Of a DNA stretch of 37,530 nucleotides, positions 36,848 to 37,530 are shown piece by piece (position 1 is the stretch's first letter; every line of letters begins with the position of its first letter). Origin of the DNA: Bugula neritina (lineage: Eukaryota; Animalia; Bryozoa). The notes beneath the pieces were generated by a model, which was given only the letters and a program-made list of their open reading frames with translations, made no database searches and had not been told where the DNA came from. The stretch is from NCBI GenBank assembly GCA_964035545.1, contig CAXIUT010000124.1:1-37530 (forward strand), read 5' to 3'. The translations under genes were made by a program, and so were the position numbers.

Positions 36848-37530
36848 ATGATGAAGGAAGAATAAAGACCTGGAAAAATGGTCAAAATAGGTATCATAGG
36901 TAATGTGGATGCAGGAAAATCCACATTAGTGTCAGTCCTTACCAAAGGTATCGCTGACGATGGAAATGGAGGTGCTCGAGTCAGAGTGCTTAACTATCTT
37001 CACGAACAAGAATCAGGAAGAACCAGTTCTATAGGTCAAGAAATCTTAGGATTCACAGAGAATGGTAAACAAGTAATTCCAGAACGATTTAATCAAAATA
37101 AAAACAAATATTGGAAAGAAATAGTCGCAAATAGTTTCAAAATAGTGTCCTTAGTTGACCTCTGTGGACATTAAAAATATCTAAAAACAACTATTAATGG
37201 TCTTACTGGTTTGTCCCCTGACTTTGGATGTGTTGTTGTAGGAGCTAATATGGGTGTACAAAAAATGACAAAAGAACATATCGGATTGTGCCTTTTCTTG
37301 AAGATACCCTTCTTCATTGTCTTAACAAAAGTTGATATGTGTCCTCAAAACAAGTATTAAGAAACTCTAGATGAACTCAGAAAAATATTAAGACACAAAC
37401 TACTCAATAAGTTTCCAATTTAAATAACAGAAAAAACTCCTGAAAACGAATTAATTAAAACAGCAGAACTAATGCCTTCAGGTAATGTTTGCCCAATCTT
37501 TCCTGTTTCTAGCGTAACTAAACTTGGAAT
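36848..37530 (+). CDS. GTPBP1/GTPBP2-family translational GTPase, 3'-partial
   Basis: GNVDAGKST (G1), DDGNGGAR, HEQESGRTSSI, DLCGHEKYLKTT (G3), VGANMG..KMTKEH and VLTKVD (G4); runs off the window end. Confidence 0.92.

Noticed and set aside
129-37530. Standard ciliate code (TAR=Gln, table 6) or a split code with different meanings for TAA and TAG
   Set aside because: Both codons independently occupy conserved Glu positions and swap with GAA/GAG between paralogs.
1-37530. Prokaryotic systems (CRISPR array, restriction-modification around the methyltransferase), transposons, tRNA/rRNA
   Set aside because: The DNA is eukaryotic, with telomeres and spliceosomal introns. I saw no spacer-repeat array, transposase, terminal inverted repeats or structured RNA gene, and the spacers leave little room for them.

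Overview
AT-rich, gene-dense eukaryotic DNA from a ciliate macronuclear genome. It has C4A2/G4T2 telomeric tracts at 1-76 and 5453-5523. TAA and TAG both read as Glu and TGA is the only stop, matching the peritrich-type code (NCBI table 30), so the supplied ORF track shows only fragments. Re-read in that code, the window holds: a separase gene between the two telomeric tracts; two ~3,600-aa fibrocystin-L (PKHD1L1)-like membrane proteins, each tail-to-tail with a cytosolic carboxypeptidase (CCP/AGBL) gene; an MsrB-fold protein lacking its catalytic Cys; an MTA1/AMT1-type DNA 6mA methyltransferase; an orphan protein whose CDS overlaps a convergent RING + Tudor/MBT-like gene; and the 5' part of a GTPBP1/2-family GTPase. 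The most striking hidden structure is a set of tiny introns, nine of exactly 20 nt and one of 21 nt, all GTA...AG with an invariant A at position 15. The two PKHD1L1-like paralogs are mosaics of near-identical and diverged blocks. The left third has several single-base frame breaks that look like read errors. All translation was done by hand and family calls come from motif recognition, not database searches.
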